Origin: an uncultured delta proteobacterium
Lineage (GTDB): Bacteria > Desulfobacterota > Desulfobulbia > Desulfobulbales > Desulfocapsaceae
Direction of reading: 5' to 3'
Length of the DNA stretch: 64,000 nt
Assembly: GCA_903875445.1 (NCBI GenBank)
Contig: CAIQWD010000027.1
Span: forward strand, 43,223 to 107,222
The number at the start of each line of letters is the position of its first letter. Positions within the stretch are counted from its first letter, which is position 1. A program made the translations under genes and the position numbers. Shown here one piece after another: positions 29,828-39,382 of the stretch. The notes beneath the pieces were generated by a model. The model was not told where the DNA came from and ran no database searches. It worked only from the letters and a program-made list of their open reading frames with translations.

Positions 29828-29880
29828 AGGCCTCCTGTCCTGTCTGCCTTGCCAGGTGGCGACAACAGGGCAGGAGGCCT
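29828..29880. terminator. Strong hairpin downstream of the RTX fragment
   Basis: AGGCCTCCTGTCCTGT ... ACAGGGCAGGAGGCCT, 15/16 complementary. Confidence 0.6.
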
Positions 29881-29905
29881 GTATCAGGTGTATATCCCTC
29901 AGCCG

Positions 29906-30735
29906 TTAAGCAACGACGAGGAAATCACCGGCGGTAATCGTCGGTTTGGTAGTAAGGGTTGCGAACTGCATCGCTACGCCCTGGCCGTTGCCGTCGGCGT
30001 CGTAAAGAAGCGCTCCGGAGGTAGTATTGTAGAGAAAATAATCGTTGTCGTCGCCGGCACCGGTTGTGCTTGCCTTAAAGAAGGCGGAAGACAGCGTTCC
30101 CACACTGGAAAGAGCGGTAAAGATATCTTTGTCCAGGGCGATCTTATCCTGACCGGAGGTGAAATCGGTCAGGCTGTCCTTATTTGTCGTGGCGTTCAGG
30201 GCGGTATCGAAGAGGAAGGTGTCGTTACCGGCACCGCCTGTCAGGGTGTCATTGCCGAGACAGCCGTTCAATACGTCATTCCCGGCGTCGCCACTGAGGG
30301 TATTCGCCGCACTGTTGCCGAGGAGCACATTGTCCAGGGTGTTGCCGGTACCGTTAATAGCCGAGGTGCCGGTCAAGGTGAGGTTCTCGACATAGGCGAG
30401 CAGGGTGTAGGTGATACTTGCTTGCACGGTGTCCGTTCCTGCGCCGGCATTCTCGGTGACGATATCACCGACATTGTCGACCACATAGGTATCGTTGCCC
30501 AGATCACCTTTCATGGTATCGGCACCGCTGCCGCCGTCGAGGAGGTTTGCGCCGCTATTGCCGGTCAGGGTATTGTTCAGGATATTGCCGGTGCCGTTTA
30601 AGGCGGCGGAACCGGTGAGAATGAGATTTTCGACATAGGCGGCCAGGGTGTAGGTGACACTCGATTGCACGGTGTCGGTTCCTTCACTGGCATTCTCGGT
30701 CACGATATCGCCGACATTGTCAACGAGATAGGTAT
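29906..30735 (-). pseudogene. C-terminal fragment of an RTX/hemolysin-type Ca-binding protein
   Basis: GGxGxD nonapeptides, an 81-aa (243-nt) repeat YxVDNVGDIVTENA...VENL.LTG, and the T1SS-substrate-like tail LLYDADGNGQG.AMQFATL. Similarity begins mid-repeat near 30735; the in-frame ATG at 30811 lies in unrelated sequence. Confidence 0.75.
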
Positions 30736-30775
30736 GCCAGCGGTGAAAACAAGAGCATATGCAAACTCGCTTTGA

Positions 30776-30814
30776 ACCATGAAATTTCGGTTTTGTTCTC
30801 CGAAATTTCATGGT
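30776..30814. repeat. Perfect 15-bp inverted repeat at the junction of two gene fragments
   Basis: ACCATGAAATTTCGG-TTTTGTTCT-CCGAAATTTCATGGT. Confidence 0.9.
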
Positions 30815-31162
30815 ATTCGTCTGCTTTGAGCCGGGATTGGCGCAAAGCCTTCATCCGCACCTATCTGGAACGCGATTTGCCGCAGTTGGGTATTCGCCTT
30901 CCGGCCCTCACTCTGCGCCGTTTCTGGACCATGCTGGCGCACTATCACGGCCAGACCTGGAACGGCAGCGAACTGGCGCGCGCCCTGGGAGTAAGCGACA
31001 AGTCGGCAGGGCGCTACCTGGACATCCTCGAAAGCACGTATATGGCATTTCGACTCGTTCCCTGGCACGAAAACACGGGGAAACGGGAGGTCAAGGCCCC
31101 TGGCCGACGGCATTGTCGCCGTTCCGGCCATGTGTATCACCTTGTCGCAATGGCTGGAATGA
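30810..31162 (+). pseudogene. Collapsed AAA+/DUF4143 ATP-binding protein
   Basis: Internal piece DWRKAFIRTYLERDLPQLGIRLPALTLRRFWTMLAHYHGQTWNGSELARALG...PWHENTGKREVKAP. A different frame then gives LADGIVAVPA...WLE* (31100-31162). No Walker A present. Confidence 0.7.
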
Positions 31163-31195
31163 ATTTCACCTCCCATCACGAATGAAAAGAAAAAA

Positions 31196-32425
31196 ATGAA
31201 CTCCACTCCTTCGCGGTCGGTTTTACTGCACCGGCCATTTGTACTTTATTTATGCGCTCGTGCAGCTACCTTTACGGCGTTCCAGATGCTTGGTGTCGCC
31301 GTAGGCTGGCAAATCTATGCGATCACCGGCAGTGCAATGTATCTTGGTTTTGTCGGGCTTGCCCAATTTTTGCCGATGTTCCTGCTGACTCTCGTGGTTG
31401 GTCATGTTGCCGACCGATATGATCGAAGAAATATTGCCCGCATTTGTCAGGCCATAGAAGGGCTTGCTGCAGGTGCTTTGGCCCTGGCGAGTTACTGCGG
31501 ATGGCAAAGTAAAGAGAGCATCCTTCTGATTATCTTTATTGTCGGAGCTGCGCGCGCCTTCGAAGGGCCGACTCTGCATGCATTGCTGCCAAGACTGGTT
31601 CCGGTGCAAATCTTTCCCCAGGCTGCGGCCTGGTCGTCTTCAGCAATGCAGACTGCCACGATCATCGGTCCGGCTCTGGGTGGGTTCCTGTATGCAGCGG
31701 GACCGACTGCGGTATATATGACAACCGGAATAGCGTTCCTGGTTGCCGGCGTATTTATGTCCTTGATCAGGCTTGAACGCCTTCCGGTAAGGCATGAGCC
31801 GGTCAGCATTCGGTCGGTATTTGCCGGCATCTCCTTTATTTGCAGTCGTCGGGAGATCCTCGGAGCAATTTCTCTCGATCTCTTTGCCGTCCTGCTCGGT
31901 GGGGCAACGGCCTTGCTGCCGATTTATGCCCGGGATATTTTGGCCACCGGCCCATGGGGATTGGGGCTGCTGCGTGCGGCCCCCGCCGTCGGTGCCCTGA
32001 CGATATCGATCTACCTTGCCCGCCACCCGCTTCGCCACCGTGTCGGCAGATCGATGTTTCGGGCGGTTGCCGTCTTCGGTGCGGCCACTGTGCTCTTTGC
32101 CGTTTCCACCTCGTTTCTTTTCTCGTTTGCCTTGCTGGTTATCTTGGGGGCATCCGATGTCATCAGCGTCGTCATCCGCCAATCGCTGGTGCAGATCAGG
32201 ACTCCCGATGAAATGCGAGGGAGGGTCAGTGCCGTCAATTCGATGTTCATCGGCACCTCGAACCAGTTGGGTGAATTCGAATCGGGGCTGACCGCTGCCC
32301 TGTTCGGTACTGTGCCCGCAGTCCTGATAGGCGGCATCGGTACGATCGTCGTGGTACTGCTGTGGATGCGTTCTTTTCCACAGCTGGCGGCAATTGACAC
32401 GCTTGATCAAGGACCGGCAGGATAA
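31196..32425 (+). CDS. MFS transporter (EntS/H+ antiporter-like)
   Basis: GHVADRYDRR, ILGAISLDLFAVLLGGA and MRGRVSAVNSMFIGTSNQLGEFESG. Confidence 0.88.
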   Translation: MNSTPSRSVLLHRPFVLYLCARAATFTAFQMLGVAVGWQIYAITGSAMYLGFVGLAQFLPMFLLTLVVGHVADRYDRRNIARICQAIEGLAAGALALASYCGWQSKESILLIIFIVGAARAFEGPTLHALLPRLVPVQIFPQAAAWSSSAMQTATIIGPALGGFLYAAGPTAVYMTTGIAFLVAGVFMSLIRLERLPVRHEPVSIRSVFAGISFICSRREILGAISLDLFAVLLGGATALLPIYARDILATGPWGLGLLRAAPAVGALTISIYLARHPLRHRVGRSMFRAVAVFGAATVLFAVSTSFLFSFALLVILGASDVISVVIRQSLVQIRTPDEMRGRVSAVNSMFIGTSNQLGEFESGLTAALFGTVPAVLIGGIGTIVVVLLWMRSFPQLAAIDTLDQGPAG

Positions 32426-32639
32426 GGAGAATCGCACGGCAATGGCAGGCTCCCAAGTTTACAAGTTATCCAATTTGGTCGTATTGGTATCCGGGGCTCG
32501 ACACAAAAAAAATTGCGACATTTGCGTTGAAAGGGTAGCTTAGAGGCGTTTGATGAGATATCGCTTGGCTGGAAAGGATCTTTTAAAAAAATCACGAAGA
32601 AAGCAGTTGCTTATCTCCCACCGACAAGAAGGCGAAACA

Positions 32640-33488
32640 ATGAAAGAACATTCGACCCCAAGCCTCACCGGTACAGTGCTGGCTCTCACAGCCGCTTTGC
32701 TGGTCGCGACCGGCGCACCCGCCGCCACGACTGAAGCCGAAACATCGACGCGGCCCTGGGAACTGGAAATTGGACTCGGCTCGTCCTACAAACCGGACTA
32801 CAGCGGCAGCAAGGACTCCAGCCTGCGCCTGCCGATATGGGCGAGCGGCAAGTATCAGACCGAACACCTAGGCACCTTTGCGTTCGACAGCGGCTCGCTG
32901 GTGCTGAATCCCGAAGTGCGCTGGAACTTCCTCGACGGCCGCGACGCCGCCTTCGGCCTGCTGCTCGGCTATCGCGACGGTCGCGACGAGGAGGATCCCG
33001 GCCTGCTCGGCGGCGGCACCGGCAGCACGCGTTTGCAGGGCATGGGTACAATAGACACCGCCGTGGATGCCGGCGTGCAGGGCCATGTCTTAGTGTTTGG
33101 CGTGCCACTGTTTGCGCAGGTCCGCTCGGCCTTGAACAGCGAGCAGGGGACGCTTGCGATCCTCGGTGCCTACGTGCCGCTGAAACTGGGTAGCAGCTTT
33201 GAACTGACCGTGATGCCTACAGTAACCTGGGCCGACTCGACCCAGATGCAGGCCTTCTACAGCGTGACACCGGTACAGAGCGCGCGTAGCGGCTTCAGAA
33301 CCTACGAAGCCGGCTCCGGCTGGCAAAGCGCAGCGCTGGAGATTGGCGGAGACTTGACGATCAGCGGCGGATGGCACGCAATTGGTTCCGTCGCCTACCA
33401 GCGGCTGCTGGCCGATGCAGCCGCGAGCCCGGTGGTGCAGGAGAAGGGGCAGGCCAGCGGCCTACTCGGCCTGTCGTACCGGTTCTAA
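32640..33488 (+). CDS. MipA/OmpV-family outer-membrane protein (start MKEHS at 32640)
   Basis: Signal peptide, KPDYSGSKD, MQAFYSVTPVQSARSG.RTYEAGSG and terminal beta-strand GLSYRF. Confidence 0.8.
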   Translation: MKEHSTPSLTGTVLALTAALLVATGAPAATTEAETSTRPWELEIGLGSSYKPDYSGSKDSSLRLPIWASGKYQTEHLGTFAFDSGSLVLNPEVRWNFLDGRDAAFGLLLGYRDGRDEEDPGLLGGGTGSTRLQGMGTIDTAVDAGVQGHVLVFGVPLFAQVRSALNSEQGTLAILGAYVPLKLGSSFELTVMPTVTWADSTQMQAFYSVTPVQSARSGFRTYEAGSGWQSAALEIGGDLTISGGWHAIGSVAYQRLLADAAASPVVQEKGQASGLLGLSYRF

Positions 33489-33920
33489 TCAGATGAGTTC
33501 CTGCAGGATCTGCACCGAATCCTCGACAAGTTTCGTACAAATCTTGTTCTGGATATCGTTGTCTTTGACATATTTTTTCCCCTCCTCCGTCAGGATATTG
33601 ACGCCGATCAGCTCATGACAGTTGATCCAACCGTGAAGTTCCTTGAATTTTTCAAGGAACTCGATGTTTTTCCGCATGACCACCCGGAACCTTTCCGGGT
33701 CTCCGGGATGGGAGAATCCATGGGCCATGCCGTTGACCAGATAGGCGACCGAGACGGCGCCGCACTCGCCGCCGGCGCCCGATCCTGCAGCCAGACCGAG
33801 GGAAATCTTCCGTGCGATATCGGAAGAAAGTCCCAAATCCTCGGCAAATGCCTCCAAAACCGCCTGGGAACATTTGTAGCCATCGAGCAAGAGGGCCTTT
33901 ACCTTTTCTTGTTTTTCCAT
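33489..33920 (-). CDS. C_GCAxxG_C_C family putative redox protein
   Basis: YKCSQAVL, GECGAVS, INCHEL and ICTKLV. Confidence 0.85.
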   Translation of the reverse strand: MEKQEKVKALLLDGYKCSQAVLEAFAEDLGLSSDIARKISLGLAAGSGAGGECGAVSVAYLVNGMAHGFSHPGDPERFRVVMRKNIEFLEKFKELHGWINCHELIGVNILTEEGKKYVKDNDIQNKICTKLVEDSVQILQELI

Positions 33921-34000
33921 GATCACTCCTTTTTTCTTGGTATCTTGCAGAGATTGATTTCCTCTTCTTGACAGGCACCTGTCTTTCTTTTAGATATAAT

Positions 34001-34038
34001 CCATCGAAAAAATTGTGTCTAACGAATGTTTTCGATGG
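34001..34038. promoter_or_regulatory. Divergent promoter region with probable LysR-binding inverted repeat
   Basis: CCATCGAAAA-N18-TTTTCGATGG between the divergent C_GCAxxG and LysR genes. Confidence 0.55.
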
Positions 34039-34070
34039 TTATAATCGAAATTAACGAACAGAGGAATACT

Positions 34071-34970
34071 ATGGAACTCAGGCAACTCAAGACTTTTCAG
34101 GTAGTGGGCAGGCTTCTGAGCTTCAATCGAGCGGCGGAGCATCTGAACTATGCCCAATCCACCGTCTCGGCCCAGATTAAACTCCTGGAGGAGGAATTCG
34201 CGGTCCCTCTCTTTGACCGGCTGGGAAAAAAGGTGGTGTTGACCGGGGCGGGCGATCTGCTGATGCAGTACGCAGAAAAGCTCCTGACCATGGAGGACGA
34301 GACCAGGACCCAGGTATCCGGCTGGGAGGAACCGCAGGGGATATTGACCCTGAGGGTCCCCCAGAGCATCGGTATCCGTCTGATGCCTGCGGTCCTCCGG
34401 GAATTTCACAAGGTTTATCCGAGGATCGGTTTCAGCATCAACAGCTGTGCCTTCGATTCCCTGAAACAGGAGTTCCGGGCCGGAGTTACCGACCTGGCCT
34501 TTTTGATTGCCGAATACGTTACCGCCTCGGAACTCATTGTCGAAACGCTGGGTTTCCTGCAGATCGTTGCGGTCTGTTCGCCTAGCCATCCGGCATCGAC
34601 GAAAAAGACCTTCGCCCTCCACGACTTCCAAGACGAGACGCTTCTTCTGCCGAAACATGACTGCAGTTACAAGATGGAATTCGAGAAGGAGCTGATCGAG
34701 AACAAGATCCGGCCGGCCGCGAAGATCGAGATGAACAGCGTTGAGATGCTCAGGCAATGCGTGATTGCCGGCATCGGCATCACGATCATCCCCGAGATCA
34801 TGGTCCGCGAGGAAACGGCATCGGGCCGCCTGCAGGTGATCCCCTGGCCGGAGACGCCGCTTGAGAAAGCGGTGATGATGATCCACCATAAGGACAAATG
34901 GATCTCCCCGTCACTTCAGGCCTTCATGGAGGCGGTCAGAACCGGGATACAACCGGTTCTCAATACTTGA
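34071..34970 (+). CDS. LysR-family regulator (start MELRQL at 34071)
   Basis: HTH MELRQLKTF...SFNRAAEHLNYAQSTVSAQIKLLEEE...LFDR. Confidence 0.93.
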   Translation: MELRQLKTFQVVGRLLSFNRAAEHLNYAQSTVSAQIKLLEEEFAVPLFDRLGKKVVLTGAGDLLMQYAEKLLTMEDETRTQVSGWEEPQGILTLRVPQSIGIRLMPAVLREFHKVYPRIGFSINSCAFDSLKQEFRAGVTDLAFLIAEYVTASELIVETLGFLQIVAVCSPSHPASTKKTFALHDFQDETLLLPKHDCSYKMEFEKELIENKIRPAAKIEMNSVEMLRQCVIAGIGITIIPEIMVREETASGRLQVIPWPETPLEKAVMMIHHKDKWISPSLQAFMEAVRTGIQPVLNT

Positions 34971-35006
34971 AAACTTCCGGAGGCACTATCGTCCGCTGCC
35001 TTTCCC

Positions 35007-36377
35007 CTATTTCTCCAGCTTGTCCAGCCGATATCTGAGGGTCGCCCGGGAGAGTCCGAGCAGCCTTGCCGCTTTCGAAACATTGCTTTCGGCCGTGGTC
35101 ATGGCATAGTTGATGCAACGTTTTTCCAGCTCCTCCAGGCCGACCCGGTGGTCGCGGATAAGGAGCCTGACGATCCGATCGAGGTCGAATTCACCGAGCG
35201 GTATGTCATGGGACTCGTTGAGAATCACATGGCGCGAGGTGATCTTGTCGCTGCCCCGGGAGAGAATCATCGCCCTTTCCAGAACATTGCGCAACTCGCG
35301 GATATTGCCCTTCCACGGGTGATTGGTGAGCATCTCCATGATCTTGTCGGAGAGGACAGGAGGCGGAAGACCAAAGGCGGTACTGAATTCGCCGACAAAA
35401 TACAGCGACAGGAGCGGGATATCGCTCCGTCGCTCGCGCAAGGGCGGGATGCGGATGGGAAAGACGCTGATGCGGTAATAAAGGTCCTCGCGAAAGGTTC
35501 GGGCGTGGACCATCTTCTCCAGATCCTTGTTGGTGGCGGCGATTATCCGCACGTCCGCCTGGATGGTCTTGGTACCCCCCAGCCGCTCGAAGCTCTTAGA
35601 CTCGAGGACCCGGAGGAATTTTGCCTGGACGTCCAGAGTCATGTCGCCGATCTCGTCGAGAAAGAGCGTGCCGCCCGAGGCCAGCTCGAACTTGCCCTTT
35701 TTCTGCTGCTGGGCGCCGGTGAAGGCGCCCCGTTCGTAGCCGAATAGTTCCGACTCGAGGAGGGCGGAAGGGATGGCAGCGCAGTTGACCGGTAAAAACG
35801 GCCCCTTGCCACGCGGGCTGTTGAGGTGCGTGGCGCGACTGAGCAGCTCCTTGCCCGTGCCGCTCTCGCCGGTGATCAGCACGGTTGTGTCGGTGCGGGA
35901 GACCTCGCCGGCCAGGCGAAGGATGTCGCAGATTTCGCTCGAATTGCCGACGATATTGTTGAAGGTGTATTTACTCTCGATCTCACTTCTGAGATACTCC
36001 ACCTCCGAGGTTAAGCGACTGATCTGCATGGCCTTCTCGACGCAGGCGCGCAGCTTGTCTTCGGTAAAGGGCTTGGTCACATAGTCGAAGGCACCGAGAC
36101 GGATGGCCTCCACCGCGTTGTCGATGGAGCCGAAGGCAGTAATGATGATCACCGGCACCTCCGGATTCTTCTTCTTGATATGGCCGAGCACCTCCATGCC
36201 GCCGACCTTCGGCAGTTTCAGGTCGGTGATCACCAAGTGAATGGTCTCGGAATCAAAGATCTCGATGGCCTCCGCTCCGTCCCGCGCCTCGAACATGGTG
36301 AGCTCCATATCCGAAAGCAACATCATGAGCACCTCGCGCATCCGGGTTTCGTCTTCAACTATCAGTAGGTTCGTCAT
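35007..36377 (-). CDS. NtrC-family sigma-54 response regulator
   Basis: Receiver domain, GESGTGKEL, ESELFGYERGAFTGA, LFLDEIG, WKGNIREL and HTH AARLLGLSRATLRYRL. Confidence 0.95.
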   Translation of the reverse strand: MTNLLIVEDETRMREVLMMLLSDMELTMFEARDGAEAIEIFDSETIHLVITDLKLPKVGGMEVLGHIKKKNPEVPVIIITAFGSIDNAVEAIRLGAFDYVTKPFTEDKLRACVEKAMQISRLTSEVEYLRSEIESKYTFNNIVGNSSEICDILRLAGEVSRTDTTVLITGESGTGKELLSRATHLNSPRGKGPFLPVNCAAIPSALLESELFGYERGAFTGAQQQKKGKFELASGGTLFLDEIGDMTLDVQAKFLRVLESKSFERLGGTKTIQADVRIIAATNKDLEKMVHARTFREDLYYRISVFPIRIPPLRERRSDIPLLSLYFVGEFSTAFGLPPPVLSDKIMEMLTNHPWKGNIRELRNVLERAMILSRGSDKITSRHVILNESHDIPLGEFDLDRIVRLLIRDHRVGLEELEKRCINYAMTTAESNVSKAARLLGLSRATLRYRLDKLEK

Positions 36378-38256
36378 CGCTTAGTGGCCTTTGGAGTAAA
36401 CATGGAAAAAAGATATGGAAGGTGGTGCCATGCCCTTCCCGGCTTTCGATTTGCAGGTGGCCACGGTGCAGTTTGACCAACTGAGCAACTATGGACAGGC
36501 CGAGACCGATGCCATCGTCGCGGAAACTGACAAAGGGCTCCATGATTTTTTCCAGCCTTTCCGCCGAAATTCCCTGACCCTCGTCACGAATCGAAACAAT
36601 CAGCCAATGGCGGGCTACGGCAAAGGGATTGCGGAGGGAGATGAAGCGCTTGTTGATGGTCAGCATTTCCGGTTCCTTCTCCGCCCGAATCCGAATGGTA
36701 ATGATGCCGCCATCCGGCATGGCCTTGCAGCTGTTGAGAAAAATGTTCGTGAAGATCTGCCGCAGCTGCGAGGGGTCGGCCTCAAGGAGCGGAACGCGCT
36801 CCGGGAAGTCGCGGACGAAAAGGTAACCGTCCTCGCGGTAGCGTTCCTCAGTGGCCGACAGCGTCTCTTCCAGAAGGCGAATGATATCGATCTCCCCGAA
36901 CACCGGCGTGGCCGGTTTGGCGAAGGCCAGGAAGGCCTTGAGGGTGTTGTCGAGACGCATCACCTCCTCCATGATGAAGCTTGCCGCCTTTTCGCGCATC
37001 TCCCAAGGTCGCTTGCGGTCGAGGACCACCTGGGTCGAACCGAGTATGATCCCTAAGGGGTTTTTAATCTCGTGGGCGATACCGGCGGTCATCTTGCCCA
37101 CCGCAGCCAGTTTTTCCTTGTCCTGGAGTTTCACGTAGGTGGACTTCAACTCTGCCAGACTTCTCCTTAACGACAGGGCCATGCGGTTAAACGACCGGGC
37201 CAGGTCGCGGGCGATATCCGGGTCTTTGATGGCAACGCGGTATTCCAGGTCGCCGCTGGTAATGCGCTCGATGCCCTGTTGCAGGCGAAGCAGCGGGCTG
37301 ATGATGGTCTTGGCCAGCAGATAACTGAGAAAGCTGGAGATGAGGATGGCGACGATCACCAAGGTGATGGTGGTCGCGCGGATCACCTGGATCTTCTTGA
37401 GATACTCGGAGATCGACAAGGTAACCCCCACCGTCCAGTCCTTGCCGGGATAGCGCGAGTAGGCGGTGAAGTATTGCCCGCCAGCGTAGGAGGTACGACC
37501 GAAACCGGTCTTGCGGGTGGTGAGGTCGCCAAGACAGGCTCGGAGCAATCCCAATTTATCGGCTTTCTCCGGCAACCCGGCAAGCAGTGGGTGGGCGATG
37601 AGATGGCCGGTGCGATTCTCGAAAATATAGGCAACACCCTGATCGCCGATATCGATACCTTGAAGGAATTTCGAGAAAGCGACCAGGTCGATGTCGATGG
37701 CACAGACGCCGCGCAGTAGCTTATTGTCGGCATAGATCGGTGCCGACACGGTGATTCCCGGTTTCTGGGTGGAGGCGAACAGATAGACATCGGTCCAATG
37801 GATGCCCCGGCTCTCCACCGCCCCGCGGTACCACGGGCGCTGCCGTGGATCGAAGATTTTATACACCTCGGGGCTTTGTGGCGGAACCATGACAAAACGG
37901 CCGCGTTCATCGCCGAAATAAATATTGACGAACTCCGGGTGATCCTTCCTGAACAACCGGAAATAGTTGAGAAGTTCCCGGTCGTCGGTGGCATTGATCA
38001 AGCCCTTTTCAAAAAGCGAGGCGAGGAGGTTGACGTTGTAGGTATGCTGGGCAAGGAAGGAGGTCACCCGCTTGGAGATTTGATCGGCGGTGCCGATGGT
38101 ATACTGCTCCATCTGGTCCTCCGCTACCTTCAGGGCCTGGAGGTAGCCGACATAGCCAGTCACCGGTAGAAAGATGACAATGACCAGGACCAGGGCGAGA
38201 AAAACCCGCAGATGAAAGGATTGCCGGCATCTCCTCAACTCGTGTTTGAGTTTCAT
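36355..38256 (-). CDS. dCache-HAMP sensor histidine kinase
   Basis: TM, dCache DPRQRPWY..A...W.DVY, HAMP, AGIAHEIKNPL, NIFLNS and GIGLGL. Confidence 0.92.
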   Translation of the reverse strand: MKLKHELRRCRQSFHLRVFLALVLVIVIFLPVTGYVGYLQALKVAEDQMEQYTIGTADQISKRVTSFLAQHTYNVNLLASLFEKGLINATDDRELLNYFRLFRKDHPEFVNIYFGDERGRFVMVPPQSPEVYKIFDPRQRPWYRGAVESRGIHWTDVYLFASTQKPGITVSAPIYADNKLLRGVCAIDIDLVAFSKFLQGIDIGDQGVAYIFENRTGHLIAHPLLAGLPEKADKLGLLRACLGDLTTRKTGFGRTSYAGGQYFTAYSRYPGKDWTVGVTLSISEYLKKIQVIRATTITLVIVAILISSFLSYLLAKTIISPLLRLQQGIERITSGDLEYRVAIKDPDIARDLARSFNRMALSLRRSLAELKSTYVKLQDKEKLAAVGKMTAGIAHEIKNPLGIILGSTQVVLDRKRPWEMREKAASFIMEEVMRLDNTLKAFLAFAKPATPVFGEIDIIRLLEETLSATEERYREDGYLFVRDFPERVPLLEADPSQLRQIFTNIFLNSCKAMPDGGIITIRIRAEKEPEMLTINKRFISLRNPFAVARHWLIVSIRDEGQGISAERLEKIMEPFVSFRDDGIGLGLSIVAQLVKLHRGHLQIESREGHGTTFHIFFPCLLQRPLSDDEPTDS

Positions 38257-39236
38257 CGCAGGGTTTCCTTGCTCGATTCGGCATCACCCAGATGGGCGGA
38301 GAGAACGAGTTGCAGGTCATCTTTTATCGCTTGGTCGGCGGAACTTTGGGCGAGATAGCTCCTCGTCAGTTGTTCACTCCGTTCCTCGAAATCATGGCCG
38401 GTGAGAAATACCTTGAGGGCTATCCCGGCAAAACCGTCGTTGCCATGGTTGGCACGGATGGCGAGAAGCGCCGCCCAAGCCCGCTCCTGCTCGGTGGCGT
38501 AGCGGATGATCTCCAGGTAGGCAACGTCCGCCCAGGTGAGCCCCGGGTTTGAATAAGAGAGCCGGTGCTCCACGCTTTCCTCGGTCCGGTGGATGGTCAG
38601 CCAGGGGGCGGGCGGAAGAAAGTGCAGGCTTTCATTGGGGTATTGGTCGATGATCCGCTGGTAATAGGTAAGGCCGCACCTACGGTCGCCAAGAAGATCA
38701 CTGGCTATCCAACCCTGATACCAGAGCGATTTGGCCGCAACTTCCGGGAGATCGGAGAAGGTGTCGAGAATGTCCCGGTACTGCTCCATGGCTAGGCTGC
38801 ATTGCCGGCTGTCGGCCAGACGGTAGTCGGGGCCGAGTTCGAGGTAGGCGAGTTCCAGGGCGGCCATGGCCGCATGGCGTCTTGCGGTCGGATGGAGCGC
38901 CGCGACCGCCTTGAGAGCGGCTTTCTTTTCATGCACCTCCTCAAAGTCGGAGCGAGCATGGGCGAGCTGTTCGTCAGCCGTGGCCAGTATCGGAATACGA
39001 AAGGCATCAATTACTGTGAACCGAAGGACTTGCTCTTTATCCTTTTCGCCTTCCGCCGCCGGCCGACAGGCCAATATCGGCAAAACAAGGAAGAATATTA
39101 AGGGCAGAAGGAGTGTTCGAGCAGGGAGGCGCTGTAAGAAACAGGCTATCATAACAAGGATCTCCGGGACCATCCCGAGCGCCTCCCCCAGGCGAACAGC
39201 CGGGGGCTGGAAGGGGGGGCACTCATGCTGAGTCAA
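38253..39236 (-). CDS. Putative lipoprotein with TPR-like helices (true start probably downstream of 39236)
   Basis: Hydrophobic stretch ending LPILAC (lipobox-like), AAKSLWYQGWI and YYQRIIDQYP. Overlaps the kinase start by ATGA. Confidence 0.6.
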   Translation of the reverse strand: MTQHECPPFQPPAVRLGEALGMVPEILVMIACFLQRLPARTLLLPLIFFLVLPILACRPAAEGEKDKEQVLRFTVIDAFRIPILATADEQLAHARSDFEEVHEKKAALKAVAALHPTARRHAAMAALELAYLELGPDYRLADSRQCSLAMEQYRDILDTFSDLPEVAAKSLWYQGWIASDLLGDRRCGLTYYQRIIDQYPNESLHFLPPAPWLTIHRTEESVEHRLSYSNPGLTWADVAYLEIIRYATEQERAWAALLAIRANHGNDGFAGIALKVFLTGHDFEERSEQLTRSYLAQSSADQAIKDDLQLVLSAHLGDAESSKETLR

Positions 39237-39382
39237 GCTTCACTTTGCAGGAATTACTCGACAATTGCAAGGGACAAAGAAGTTGCGTGCCGTTCTTGCA
39301 TCTATTAGAGCGAAGATTCATACCAGTTCGCAGCAATCCGTCACCGGGATGGTTGGAAGTTGTGATCCTCACTCCCCATCTT

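Noticed and set aside
29653-29865. Short ORFs between vapB and the RTX fragment (also 29441-29824 on +)
   Set aside because: They have no motifs or SD and overlap the promoter and hairpin elements.
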